Part shown: positions 13,614 through 26,699 of the stretch, piece after piece | Layout of the letters: the number at the start of each line of letters is the position of its first letter | How positions within the stretch are numbered: position 1 is the stretch's first letter | NCBI RefSeq assembly: GCF_018350175.1 | Contig: NC_058373.1 | Coordinates: 102,364,001-102,428,000, forward strand | Source: Felis catus | Lineage: Eukaryota | DNA length: 64,000 nt | Reading direction: 5' to 3' | Notes under the pieces: generated by a model | What the model saw: the letters and a program-made list of their open reading frames with translations, nothing else | Databases searched by the model: none | Told to the model about the DNA's origin: nothing | Position numbers and translations under genes: made by a program

Positions 13614-14534
13614 ATGATTGGGGAATATTTGTATCAAAGCATATATGATCTACACTGTGAGGTCATCTAGTCATTAGACACTATAGTCTCCCCCCTTTTT
13701 AACTGTTATTTTGTCTTAGTTCTACAAACAACTATATATCTAATGATCACCTCCTGTCCTTATTTAATATCTCTCTGGTCATTTTGATTGTCAGAAATTC
13801 TATTTGATTTCTTAGGAAGAACACGTAGGAACAGTATTTTTTGAGATTTACCAAAAATAATTTGTGTGTACCTTTTATACTTGAAAGCCAATTTTGCAGG
13901 ATATAAAGTGTTTGGCTAAGGGGCGCCTGGGTGACTCAGTCAGTTAAGTGACTGACTTTGGCTCAGGTCACAATCTCGCGGTTCCTTTCAAGCCGCACAC
14001 CAGGCTCTGTGTTGGCAGCTTAGAGCCTGGAGCCTGCTTCCGATTCCGTGTGTCCCTCTCTCTCTGCTCCTCCCCCATTCACACTCTGTCTCTCAAAAGT
14101 GAATAAACATTTAAAAAAATTTTTTTAATAAATAAAATGTTTGGCTAATATTTTATTTTTATGAATCTTGTAAAAACAGCCCATACTTAATTTTCTTCTG
14201 GCATAATGTACTGCTGTTGACAGTTTGGTGACAACCTAATTATCCCTCCTTTATAAGTCACATACTCTTTTTGCCTTGTTACCAAACATTCTATTTTCTT
14301 TAAAGTCTAGTAATTTTAGTAGAATATACCTTGGCGTTGGTTGTTCTGATCAATATTCTCAGATACTTAAAGTGCTATTTTGATATGTAATTTTAAGTCT
14401 TTTTTTATTTCAGAAAACTTGTCTTGAATTGAAGTATTTGTTTTGTTCTTTCTGTTGGTTTTCTTCTTTGGACTCCCTTTGTCTATATGCTGATCTTCTT
14501 TGGCAATCATCCACATTGACAACTTTTAAAAAAA

Positions 14535-14747
14535 ATTTTTTTTTCAACGTTTATTTATTTTTAGGACAGAGAGAGACAGAGCATGAACGGGGGAGGGGCA
14601 GAGAGAGAGGGGGACACAGAATCGGAAACAGGCTCCAGGCTCCGAGCCATCAGCCCAGAGCCTGACGCGGGACTCGAACTCACGGACCGCGAGATCGTGA
14701 CCTGGCTGAAGTCGGACGCTTAACCGACTGCGCCACCCAGGCGCCCC
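14535..14747 (-). mobile_element. Young felid-type CAN-SINE, TSD cacattgacaactttt
   Basis: Flanking direct repeat at ~14512 and ~14748. Confidence 0.95.
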
Positions 14748-15112
14748 CACATTGACAACTTTTGAATCTCTTTTATTTAAAAATTATTATTATTATTTTA
14801 GTTTTAAAACTGTTCTTTTCATCTTTTATTCCTTATAAGGCATTTTTTGTCGATGTGCATATGTGTGTGTGTGTGAGTGTGTGTTTTGCTCTTGTTTCTT
14901 CTAGTTTAGTATTTATTTCTAAAATGATTTTTTCTTTTCAAATTCTCCTTTGAGAATTATTACCTAACTTATGAATTTTTCTAATTCTGATTTATACTGT
15001 TTTCTCATGTCTTGTATTATTTCTTTATTAAAGTTCATTTTTTAATAATTTTTATAAGTTTAAAAAAATGTTTATTTATTTATTTTGAGAGAGCAAGCAT
15101 GAGCAGGGGAGG

Positions 15113-15162
<50 letters not shown>

Positions 15163-15391
15163 GAATCCCAAGCAGGCTGTGCAGCACCAGCACAGAGTCC
15201 TACATGGGGCTCGAACTCAAAAACCAAAAGATCATGACCTGAGCTGAAATGAAGACTCAGATACTTAACCCACTGAGCCACCCAGATGCCCCTCGTTTTT
15301 AAATAGTGTAGTTTTTATCTGTTTCTTGAGTACATCTTTCCAGTATGCTTTTGTTTCTTTGTAGGGGAGTCATTCTACTCCTTATTCTTTA

Positions 15392-15427
<36 letters not shown>

Positions 15428-15675
15428 TTTATTTAAGAGAGTGTGTGAGCAGAAAAGAGGGAGAGGGAGAGGAAGAGAGGTCAACGACCCTGGGATCATG
15501 ACCTGAGCCAAACTCAAGAGTCAAATGCTCAAGTGACTGAGCCACCCAGGCGCCCCTCTTTTTTGTATGTATGTATGTATGTATGTATGTATGTATGTAT
15601 GTATGTAGTAACTTTGGGATTTGAACTTGATACCTTTCTAGTGCTTGCTCTTAAGTAAAATCAGTTTTCCTCAAA

Positions 15676-15900
15676 TTTTTTTTTTTAATTTTTTTTCCAA
15701 CGTTTATTTATTTTTGGGACAGAGAGAGACAGAGCATGAATGGGGGAGGAGCAGAGAGAGAGGGAGACACAGAATCGGAAACAGGCTCCAGGCTCTGAGC
15801 CATCAGCCCAGAGCCCGACACGGGGCTCGAACTCACGGACCGCGAGATCGTGACCTGGCTGAAGTTGGACGCTTAACCGACTGCGCCACCCAGGCGCCCC
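15676..15900 (-). mobile_element. Young felid-type CAN-SINE, TSD agttttcctcaaattttt
   Basis: Flanking direct repeat at ~15663 and ~15902. Confidence 0.95.
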
Positions 15901-18900
15901 GAGTTTTCCTCAAATTTTTAAAGTAAGCTTAGTTCAAATAGCTTTTTTTTTTTTTTAACTTGACAGTGTTTCATGTTTTTGTGTAATGTTTTAAAAAAAT
16001 GACTGTTTGCTTTCTGAGATTTTCTGACGCTGTTTCCCTCAATCACTTTTTCCCCCCTCAGCCACTTTTTTAAAAAGTTTGTTTGTTTGTTTGTTTGTTT
16101 GTTTATTTATTTATTTATTTATTTACTTAGAGTGGGGAGTGGGGAGAAGCAGAGAGAGAGGGAGAGAGAATCCCAAGCAGGCTCTGCACTGTCAGCACAG
16201 AACCTGACTCGGGGCTTGATCCCCTGAACAGTAATTGATTATGGCCTGAGCCGAAATCAAGAGTCAGATGCTTTTCTGACTGAGTCCCCAGGCCCCCCCT
16301 GCCAGCTACTTTTGATCTGGATCTTCTCTTTACTTCTGTATTTTTCCTGCTCTGATCAATTTTTATTCCACAGTCAGTGGTTTCTTCTCAGAGCTATGTC
16401 CTGGAAGGGAGCTTTGGCTGGTCAGTATTGAGAATTCATAGGTGCAAGACTGTTTCTACCCCTTGGGGTCTTACCAGGGCCCCCTTGCACTTATCTGTTA
16501 TTGGAATGGGCAAAACCTGTCCCAGATTCAGTTGTCATTCTCAGATTGACCCATTGTGCTTTCTACTAAATATCTGTTTCTTTTGGGGGTTCTTCTGTTC
16601 TCAGGTCCATCAAATAACCCATTGATACCCTCTTTTCTCTCTTGCATAAACTCTAATATCATGGCCTGTGGTTGTCAGTGATTTTCCTCCACCTGCTTGT
16701 ATTTTGTGGGGTTTTTTTAATATTTATTTTTGAGAGTGAGAGAGACAGAGCATGAGCAGGGGAGGGGCAGAGACAGAGGGAGACACAGAATCTGAAGTAA
16801 GCTCCAGGCCCTGAGCTGTTAGCACAGAGCCTGACATGGGGCTCAAACTCACAAACCATGAGCTCATGACCTGAGCCAAAGTCAGATGCTTAACCGACTG
16901 AGCCACACAGGTGCCCCTGTATTTTGTGGTTTGTGAGGATAACTTACCATCTTATTTTGTTGTAAATGTTTTCCTATGGGCTTTTTATTTTACTTTCCAA
17001 TTTCTTTGTTTATATGTAGGGATTTGAGAAGACCCAAACACTATGCTGTCACTTTTAGATGCTGACTATAACCTTCAATGGATTGAAATTTGATTAAAAA
17101 ATTTTTTTAATGTTTATTTATTTTTGAGAGAGAGGCAAAATGCAAACAGGGGAGGGGCAGACAGAGAAAGAGACACAGAATCTGAAGCAGGCCCCAGGCT
17201 CTGAGCTGTCATCACAGAGCCTGACATGGGGTTTGAACCCATGAACCATGAAATCATGACCTGAGCCAAAGTCAGACACTCAACTGACTGAGCCACCCAG
17301 GCATCCCTGAAATTTGATTATTTTTATATTATACATTATGTTTTTTCAAAACAGCTGTTCTAAAAATAATTTCAACCTTACAGAAAATTACAAGAACAAT
17401 ACAAAGCATTTTAGTTTACCCTTTACTCAGATTCTCTAATTGGTTGTTAACATTTTACCATATTTGTCTTATCATTTTCTTTTTCTCTCTCAATTATTTT
17501 GTATAGTATATGGTAAAACCTGGTAAAACCATTAAAATCAAGAAATTAGGGGTACCTGGATGGCTCAGCCTGTTGAGCCTCTTTAAAATTAAAAAAAAAA
17601 AAGGAATTAAAAATGTTACAATACTACCATTCAATCCATTGGCTGCATTCAAATTTCACTAATAATATACCATATAATCACTCTTTCCTTTCTAATGCAG
17701 GATCCAATAGGAGATCATGTGTTGTATTTAGTTGTCATATCTCTATTCTCTTTGGAGCAGTTCCTCAGTTTTTTCATCTTTCATGACATTGACTTTTTTT
17801 TGGAAGATAATAGGCTAGTTACTTTATAGAGTATCCTCAATTTGAGTTTGTTTTATACTTATTATGATTAGATTCAGGTGATTCATCTTTTGGAAGGGAT
17901 ATCATGGACATGATGCTATGTTCTTCTCAATGTATCATCAAGAAGCAAATTAACAAATATTAATTTGTCCCATTTCTATCAGTGTTGACTTTCATCACTT
18001 TTTAAGATGTAAAATTCATTGTAAAATGAATAAGTACCTTGTACTTATTAATCAATAAGTTACTAATATGTATTTTGTAGAGAGCTACTTTGATATTATG
18101 TAAATATCTTATTTCTCATTACATTTTCACTCAAAGTTTTAGTGTCCATTGTTGGTTCCTCCTTGAATCAATTATTACTGTAATGGTTGACAAATGGTGA
18201 TATTCTAAGTGCATCATTTGTTCTACAGTTATTAGTTGGCATTGTACTATATGGTAAAACTTTTTGTTCTCATTCATTCATTCATTCATTCATTCACATA
18301 TATTTATGTCCAGATGGATTCATGGATTCCTGTTTTATTCAATCGGCCACAATTTGTTGCTATTCTTTTTTATTTTATGTTTAAGTTGCCTCAGATTTAG
18401 CTAATGGGAATTCTTCAGTCTGGCTCTTGACCTTCTAACATATCCTCATCATTCTTTGAGTACTCCCTTACTTTCATACTCAACAGGATGTTCCAGGAAC
18501 ATATTGTACTTTCCCTGTGCCAGTTCTGAATTCAACCATTTCTCCAAGGAATTCTGTATCCTTTTAGTGGAGAATGATATTCAGAAGTCACCATCTGGTT
18601 CTAAGTGTGATCATTGCTACTAGGGGATCACTTCTTTTGGGTCTAGTTTTCTCCCTTTCCCTGTTGATAATTGACAGTGAGAAGTCTGGCTCTCATTATC
18701 TCAATATACTTACTTCATCTGCCTATATGTAACCAATCTCCTGACCTAATGGCTGCCTTGCAGATCAAGATATCTACCCCCATTGAGGCCACTGTGTAGT
18801 GGAAATGAGGACATGCCCAATCGGCCAGCCCCATTGCTCTTCTCATTATAACTTATGAATTATATCATACATTTCAGATGAGATACTTTTTTTCTTAACA

Positions 18901-19729
18901 CATTCCTAGTCTTTATGCAAAAAAGAGTATATATGAAATTTGAGTCTCCATGTATATAATTTATTATAATTTTAAAAAATTAATTTTACTCTAGAAATTA
19001 ATGCCATAAATATTATAACTGAAATTTTTATGTGAAATTTCTATCTTTGTGAGTTTGTTATGGCACAGTGTTCTCATTTGCTCAGCTGCTTTCTGAATGC
19101 ACATCTAACAATTTGATAAGAGACCTGCCTAGCAGGGGAAAAGAAATAGTAAGAATTTTTAAAAATTCAATTAACCACAAAAATCAGTTATTGTGTTAAA
19201 AAAGTGATCTTAAAAAGCTAGCGAAAGTCTCACATCTCATTTTTAACTCAATAAATGTTTCTACAATACTAACCATGTTATTGTAAGCTTTGTTATAATT
19301 AATAAGTTTTATCTGAATGAGCGTTATTACTCATGAAGCACTTAACTATTATCTCAGTTCATCTTTTTTTCAGCTCTTCGAAGTAGTTGATATCATCTCC
19401 ATTGCACAGATAAGATTGCAGGCTTATCAAGGTTATGCAACTTGTTGATGATTGTCCAACTATTAGATGGCAAAAATGGGGTGTAAACACAGTTATTTTA
19501 GTGCACAATCTATTGTTTCCTTTTCACCATTTCACTCCTCTGAGTTGGGAGTTTTTCCCTCATCTCACCCCTGTCCTATTTGCCAGATTACACATGGATA
19601 ATTGCTTTCCCAAATAATTTATTAGCCATGTAACCTGAGTTACATAATGTAACAACTGAATGACTGATCATGTAACCTGAATGACTGATCATTCAGTCGA
19701 CTCTAACAGATCTCATTTCTTCAGAGTAG

Positions 19730-20635
19730 TGGAGAGTGCTTTTCCCAATATTTATTTTCCCCTCATTCCATAGTAATAGAATGGTTAGCCAGGAAAATGG
19801 TCACCCAGAATAAAGTTCATTCTTGCTTCAAATGTATCCCTTTGCCCCTTCTTATTTGTTACTCCCTCCATCTTGCTGCCTGGAGCAGAGATCCTCCCTT
19901 GGATAATGAAAATTAGGGCTGCACCCTAGAAATGTCACCAGGGTGGCAAGCTAGAAGTAGAGTCCTGGGTCCCAAGGACTTTATGGATCAGAGCTGCTGT
20001 ACCAATCCTGTACTGCCAAGTTCCAGAGACAGAAAGAACTTCTACCTTGTTTAAGCCATTGATATTTTGACTTGCTCAATTATATCCTAATGTATACATC
20101 CAGTACCCATCTGCAAAATTCTAGTTATTTACTCAACATTCATTTAAGCTTTTCCTATTGTGAAGCAGCCTGGTGGCTGAGTGAGATTGCCCACACACCC
20201 CAAATATAGATGGTGCCTTGAATGATTTAAGGCTAGTCTGGGTAATTTCAACATGTGGGAGTGATTGGTTCAGTCATGAGTGCCCAAACCAACCACTTAT
20301 GGCATTCTCTTATGGCCCCAGTGGTTGTTTCAGGTATGATAAAATAATGTGAGGCTTGAGAGAGGCTCCCTCTCCCCAGAGATGTGACCCTAGATATAAA
20401 GTATATTGCTTTAGAGAAACCAGGCTGAAGATATAGCTGGCTTGTGGAGGAAGGTAGAATCAAGAAAATTACAAGGAAATGGTGCTTTCCCTCAGATTGG
20501 ACCAACCCAAAAGCCTGACCAACTTGTGGTCTTCTCAGGAAAGTGAGCCAAAAAATTTCTTGTTGTATATTTAGAGCCAATTTGAATTGGGTTTTCTGTT
20601 AATTACATCCAAAGACCTCTTAACTGATATACCTT
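19730..20635. mobile_element. MaLR LTR (MLT1-like) remnants, probably two
   Basis: agaaagaacttctaccttgtttaagccattgatatttt (20030-20070) and ttagagccaatttgaattgggttttctgttaattacatccaaagacctcttaactgatat (20570-20630) resemble MLT1 3' ends. Confidence 0.5.
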
Positions 20636-20977
20636 TCAGTGGCTTCAGTATTATATCAATACCCAATAATGCAGATCAACATTTCTAAAGAAGTATTTTC
20701 GATAGGAAGCCCTAATTTAACAAAGCTTTTTCACACTATTTAACACTGTTGCTTTATTTTCTTACTTTTATTTTCAAAGTCTTTGAAGGATAATCTCAGA
20801 AAGGCTGAAGAGTATGATTAAAATTTGAAAGTATAGTTTATCCTTTCTGGAAACTCTCTGTTTTTCTTATGTTGTGTCATTCCTGTATTTATTTGCCAAT
20901 TTCTCAGATTATTTTTATACTGGCTTGTTTCCTTTCCTCTATTTTCTCCTCTAGCCATTGAAGGTAGGCATGTCTTA

Positions 20978-21428
20978 AAGATGGTACTGTAGTTGTCCCC
21001 AAGCAGTCTTACCACTTAGAGGCAGGTCAAGTTCACACAGTCTGAAAGATTATACAAAGCAACCTTTTACTTCTAGCATTGGAGATAGAGGAGTGACTCC
21101 TCTGTTTTCTTCTATCAGTTTCTACTCCCCAGATTCTCTCACTGGGGCCAGACCTCCACCTCTCCTTCCCCTACCTCCTTGTCAGAGAAGCCTCCTCCCC
21201 TGAAACTACAGAGTTTTGTTTTATTTGGTTTTAATCTCCCTTTCTCCTGGCTCTGGGAACCCATTGCTTCCTGGGCCAATTGTCAGTCTTTTGACCTAGT
21301 CAGGTTTCTTGCCAGATGGGATTGGGGTTTCCAACCCCAGAGGCTCCAGATGGAAAGAGGAAAAAGAGGCCTTCTTAGTGGCCTGCCTTCAGGTTGTGGT
21401 GTCTGTATAATAACTAGGTCATTCAGGG
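20978..21428 (+). repeat. Inverted repeat, left arm (451 bp)
   Basis: Reverse complement of 22545-22995 with 7 mismatches by manual alignment; the ORF track gives the same peptide on opposite strands (21179 + and 22794 -). Confidence 0.98.
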
Positions 21429-21639
21429 TCCTTGATTTAACATGAAGTCTTTCTCAGAGGTGCTTCTCACTCTCCTGACTTCAAATAGTCACCTTCCCAA
21501 TTCATGTCTTGGAGCCCTCTCTTTGGATCTCATGCCTCCGTTGCTTCCTTCACCAGGAGGCATGGTAGCCACCTAAATGCAGTGTACCTAAAACCAGACT
21601 AATCCTTCATCTGACATTAGCTTTTTCTCAGAAGTCTTT

Positions 21640-21820
21640 CTATTTTTTTTCATATGAGGTATAGTTGATGCACAATGTTAATTAGCTTCAGATGTACAAC
21701 ACAGTGATTCGACCATATGTTGTGTTGTGGTCACCACGGGTGTAGCTGCCAGTGGTCACCATGCAACAGTATTACAGCACCATTGACTGTATTCCCTATG
21801 CTGTACCTTCCATCCCCAAC
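21640..21820 (-). mobile_element. Short 3' end of a carnivore L1 inside the inverted-repeat spacer
   Basis: tttttttcatatgaggtatagttgatgcacaatgtta...agcttcagatgtacaacacagtgattcgac...cattgactgtattccctatgctgtac matches an L1 3' UTR in reverse. Confidence 0.75.
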
Positions 21821-22355
21821 ATTCTCTCAGCCTCTTAATTTCAAAACTTTGAAGTTGTCCTTATCTGCTACTTTCTAGCGCATTTACCCTACAACCAAAT
21901 TGTAATTTCATCCCTTGTGATGTATTCAAGGAACACTACCCTGGCACAGATCTTCACAATTTCATATCTGGATGACTACACTTAATGTTCTAACTTGTCA
22001 TCCTGTCTCTAACCCTCCAGTCTGCTTTATGTGTGAATCCTGAAATATTGCCTTTCTAAGAATCTTTAAAGACTCCTTTAAACCTTTATTCCCAGTATTC
22101 AGGGCTCCCAGATTGGTTGTTTACTCAGCTCTCCAAACCCATCTCCCTCCACTTGTTCACATCAATCAGCAAAGTGGTACACTCATTTCTTCCAATGGCC
22201 ATGTTCCCATCTTCTTTGCTCATATCCTTCCCTTTCTGAAATGGCCTCTTCCTTCTTACCCATTGTTTAATCCCATTTCTCCTTTAAGGCTACGCTCAAG
22301 TTCTGCTTTCTCAAAGAAGTAGTTGCTGAGCTGGTGGATGGAAGTCCCCTTTCCC

Positions 22356-22455
22356 CTTCCTTCCTTCCTTCCTTCCTTCCTTCCTTCCTTCCTTCCTTCC
22401 TTCCTTCCTTCTTTCTTTCTTTCTTTTCTTTCTTTTCTTTCTCTTTCTTTCTTTC
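22356..22455. repeat. (TTCC)n/(TTTC)n polypyrimidine microsatellite
   Basis: Read directly from the sequence. Confidence 0.95.
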
Positions 22456-22544
22456 CTGGAGTCAGATGTGTATCAGGCCAGCCTAACAGAGGACATCCAG
22501 CCTTCAGCCAGTGCAGGAAACGCCTGCAAGATGTTTGACCTTAT

Positions 22545-22995
22545 CCCTGAACAATCTAATTATTATACAGACACCACAACCTGAAGGCAGGCCACTAAGA
22601 AGGCCTCTTTTTCCTCTTTCCATCTGGAGCCTCTGGGGTTGGAAACCCCAATCCCATCTGGCAAGAAACCTGACTAGGTCAAAAGACTGACAATTGGCCC
22701 AGGAAGCAATGGGTTCCCAGAGCCAGGAGAAAGGGAGATTAAAACCAAATAAAACAAAACTCTGTAGTTTCAGGGGAGGAGGCTTCTCTGACAAGGAGGT
22801 AGGGGAAGGAGAGGTGGAGGTCTGGCCCCAGTGAGAGAATCTGGGGAGTAGAAACTGATAGAAGAAAACAGAGGAGTCACTCCTGTATCTCCAATGCTAG
22901 AAGTAAAAGGTTGCTTTGTATAATCTTTCAGACTGTGTGAACTTGACCTGCCTCTAAGTGGTAAGACTGCTTGGGGACAACTATAATACCATCTT
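22545..22995 (-). repeat. Inverted repeat, right arm (451 bp)
   Basis: Reverse complement of 20978-21428. Confidence 0.98.
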
Positions 22996-24769
22996 CTCCT
23001 TTCTAGAATGTGAATACAATGTATCAGAGCGTTGGCTGGAAATAAAAGGCATACTCAATGGGTTTAACTGAAGAATTTAAAAAGGTACTGGTTTGGGGCA
23101 CCGGGGTGGCTCAGTCAGTTAAATGTCCAACTTTGGCTCAGGTTATAATCTCGCGGTTTGTGAGTCTGAGCGCCGTGTCGGGCTCTGTGCTGACAGCTCA
23201 GAGCCTGGAGCCTGCTTTGGATTGTGTCTCCCAATCTCTCTCCCCCCTCCCCTGCTCATGCTCTGTCTTTCTCTCTCTCAAAAATAAATAAACATTAACA
23301 TTTTTTTAAAAAAAGGACTGTTTTCAGAGGGGTGGACAGGGTTAAGGGACGAAACAAAGGCTAGATTGACAATAGCTGTTAAAACCATAGGTCTGAAGAA
23401 GCAAGGAAAGCGAGTAGTGTCAACAGAGACCTGAGGAAGAGACACCACCCAGCAGTAGCTATGGCCATGGAGTAACACAGCCCTGCCAGAACAACACAGG
23501 ATGGTAGGGAATGAATTCCCATATCTCTCCCTTATTCCCATTATTAGAAGCACTGCTTCTCTTTGGCCATTCCCAGTGGAAAGCCATAGGGTAAGGGAAT
23601 ACAGAGCATGCATTCCGTGGGGGTCATCTTTCTAAGGCACAGAAAGCAGGACAGAGAAGAGCAGACAATATATCTGTGGTGAGGAGACAGACCCAGAATA
23701 CCTAGCACATTGGAATTATAACTGTTTGTCCTCTGTTCTGAATCCCATAAGTTTTACTGCTTATTTCAATTTTTGACAAACATCTCCTGAGTGCTTTCCA
23801 AAAGTACTTTGGGATGATAATCAAACGTGGGTCCCTTTAGGAGCTCAAATCTGGTGGACAAGCACTGGACACTTAGAATTTGCCATACTTTTGGTGGGTG
23901 CTTTGGATTGCACATTTTCAGATTGCAGGTGCAGATATGTGTTCAGATCCTTTTCTTATGATGTGAGATTTATATCAGTTTCCATATACAACTAGAATGT
24001 TGGTCCAGATACTGTGGCAAATCTAGTGACAACTCAATGGCTTTTGCAAGAATTATCTCTGAATCACGTAGTTGTGGCTCTTCGTTCTCTACTCTTGTCA
24101 CTCTCCACTCTTGTAACCCTACTTTCTCTGTCTGTTAACTGTTGACCTCTCTGTGTGTCTCACTCTCAGATTCCCTGAGAGGATTAAATTGTGCCAGCTT
24201 GTCCCTCTCTGTCCCTATTAAAACGAGTCCTTCTATAAGCCACTTCAAAGGGTAACTTTTTATTATGTTTAGTCTATAGATGAAGCACTAACGCCTGAGT
24301 AGCCAGGTCACATGACATAAGTATGGCACCTGTAATTATGTCATTAATGGCTGTCCAAAATCTTCTGAACATTCTCTCCCCATAATCCTAGTTATTCATG
24401 GTGGAAATCCTGTCTTTTTCACATAGAACCATTTCCCTTCCTCAGATTTCCTTCTTGTTGGGGTGCAGAAATGCGTTGTAGATTCTGTTCATCAGACTTT
24501 AGACTTTGTTGCAGGGGCACCTGGGTGGCTTAGTGGGTTAAGCATCAGACTCTTGGTTTTGGCTCAGGTCATGATCTCATGGTTCATGCGATCAAGCATC
24601 ATTTCAGGCTCCGCACTGACAGGGCAGAGCACTCTCTCTCTCTCAAAATAAATGAATAAACTTTTTTTTTTTTAACTTTCAAAATGGAGGGGAAGAGGGC
24701 AAGGGTAGTGTATGCATTTTGCTGGTGCAGATCCTGGCAAAGATAGTGTGGTTCTGGAGCTGGTGAAGT

Positions 24770-25215
24770 GAACCAGAAACAGAAGTAGAAATGAGCATTC
24801 ACTTCTGCTTTTACTCTGTATCCAAGTTCCAAATGGCCTTTAGCCTCCCTGAAGATGAAGACTTTATACAAAGAAAAGGTCATCAAGACAGTTGTGGACA
24901 TCTAACAGCCAGGCAAACTTTTTAAAATGCAAAGACTTTCTTGTGCCTCTGCCATTGCCAAAGGAAGACATGACCTGGCTTTCCTGCTCTTCTGGGAGGA
25001 AGATGAGAGATGGGTAGGGAGAGCCCAGTGCACAGCTGGGTCCAATCTACATCAGCCAATTCCCAGCTGACCCTAAGATACATTGAGCTAGTCTAGCCCA
25101 TCCCAGTCTACATCAGTGGTCCCCAAAACACAGGAGCAAGTCTAAGCAAGCTCAGCAGTGCCCAGATCAGCCGACCCCTAGGTAACCAGCTGAGATCAGC
25201 AGACCTGCATATCTC
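24770..25215 (+). mobile_element. MaLR LTR (MLT1-like) remnant
   Basis: ggaagatgagagatgg...gagagccc...cagccaattcccagctgacc...cagccgacc repeated motifs typical of MLT1. Confidence 0.45.
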
Positions 25216-26699
25216 CTCCCTGTTAAAATCAGCCTGGGCTGCCTGGGTGGCTCAGTTGGTTGACCATCTGACTCTTGATTTCAGATCAGGTCATGATCTC
25301 GAAGTTCATCAGATCAAGCCCAGTGTTGGACTCTGTGCTGAGCATGGAGCCTATTGTATTCTTTCTTCTCCCTCTGTCCTTCTCCCCAGCTTGCACACCC
25401 TCTTTCTCTCTCTCCCTAAAAAATAAAAAGAAATCATTAAAAATATGACTATGAATACAAATACATCATTTCCCATAGCAATCCAGGAGTATCTGTCTGC
25501 AATCCAGGAGTGTGCTGTCTCCTGCCTGTGCTGCCACCACTTGGCACAGTGGACCAATGTGACACAGAGAATCATGGCTATCACTTTGCCTCCTTCAGAA
25601 TGCCAACACTTTGCTGGTTACCTCAGACTGAAGGGGATACCAGTGAGCATCCAGCTCAGAACCAAATGGTTGCTGGCAATAGGCACAGACCTCAGTGGAG
25701 GTGGGGCAGGGGAGACTGTAAGACCTTGGCCAACAACTTTCCCTTTCTTGAGTAAAATTTTATTCTGAGGCCCTGGAGGCCTCATCTTGCCCACAAAGGT
25801 CACGGAAAACTCCCCATTCTCAGCTCCCCTCCTGAGTTTATATCTAGCTGGCCTTTTAAAGTGTATGTGTGTTGGGACGGAAGGTGCTAAAGGGGTTATA
25901 AAGGGCCCCACAATGGGTTTCAACTTACTTTTCTAATTTACCTTTGAAAACTAAGGAAGAAACAAGTGGTATTTTCAAAGTCTTCACATTTCGAGACTGT
26001 ACAGTCTACTTGTAAGCAAAGAAAGCATTATTTTTTTTATGTTTTTTAATTTTTAACGTTTATTTATTTTTGAGACAGAGAGAGACAGAGAATGAATGGG
26101 GGAGGGGCAGAGAGAGAGGGAGACACAGGATCAGAAGCAGGCTCCAGGCTCCGAGCCATCAGCCCAGAGCCCGACGCGGGGCTCGAACTCACGGACCACG
26201 AGATCGTGACCTGAGCTGAAGTCGGACGCTTAACCGACTGTGCCACCCAGGCGCCCCAATGTTTTTTAATTTTTAAAAAATATTTATTTTTGAGAGAGAG
26301 AGAGCCACTGAGCATGAGTGGGGGAGGGGCAGAGAGAGAGAGGGAGACATAGAATTTGAAGCAGTCTCCAGGCTCTGAGCTGTCAGCACAGAGCCTGACA
26401 TGGGGCTCAAACTCACGAACTGTGAGATCATGACCTGAGCCGGAGTTGGTTGCTTAACCAGCTGAGCCATCTAGGCACCCTAGAAAGCATGATTTTCAAA
26501 CTATTTCCAGCACATGGTGCTGAAATGTTTGATGGCATAGAAGCCCTTCAGGGTGCAGCTGTTCAGAATGAGAATCTTAGGGGATGTTGGAATACTGGGC
26601 CATGTGACAATCTCCTCAATGTAGAGCCTAGTCCTTGAGCCATATAGGGGATCCAAGCCTTGTCCAGCTGAATGAGCAGCTCAATCTTGTTGACAATCT

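Larger units (their letters stand above)
11420..18760 (-). mobile_element. Mosaic of ancient L1M fragments interrupted by many SINEs
   Basis: T-rich plus strand with degenerate L1M-like segments (e.g. 13860-14520, 17350-18700 including aaccatttctccaaggaattctg..ccttttagtggagaatgatatt). Boundaries approximate. Confidence 0.55.

Noticed and set aside
21179..22794. Duplicated ORF MSEKPPPLKLQSF... on both strands as a gene pair
   Set aside because: It starts at TTG, shows no homology I recognise, and is simply a by-product of the inverted repeat.
20978..22995. Inverted repeat as the TIRs of a DNA transposon
   Set aside because: No target-site duplication outside the arms, no transposase remnant, and the spacer consists of L1/L2-like relics and a microsatellite.
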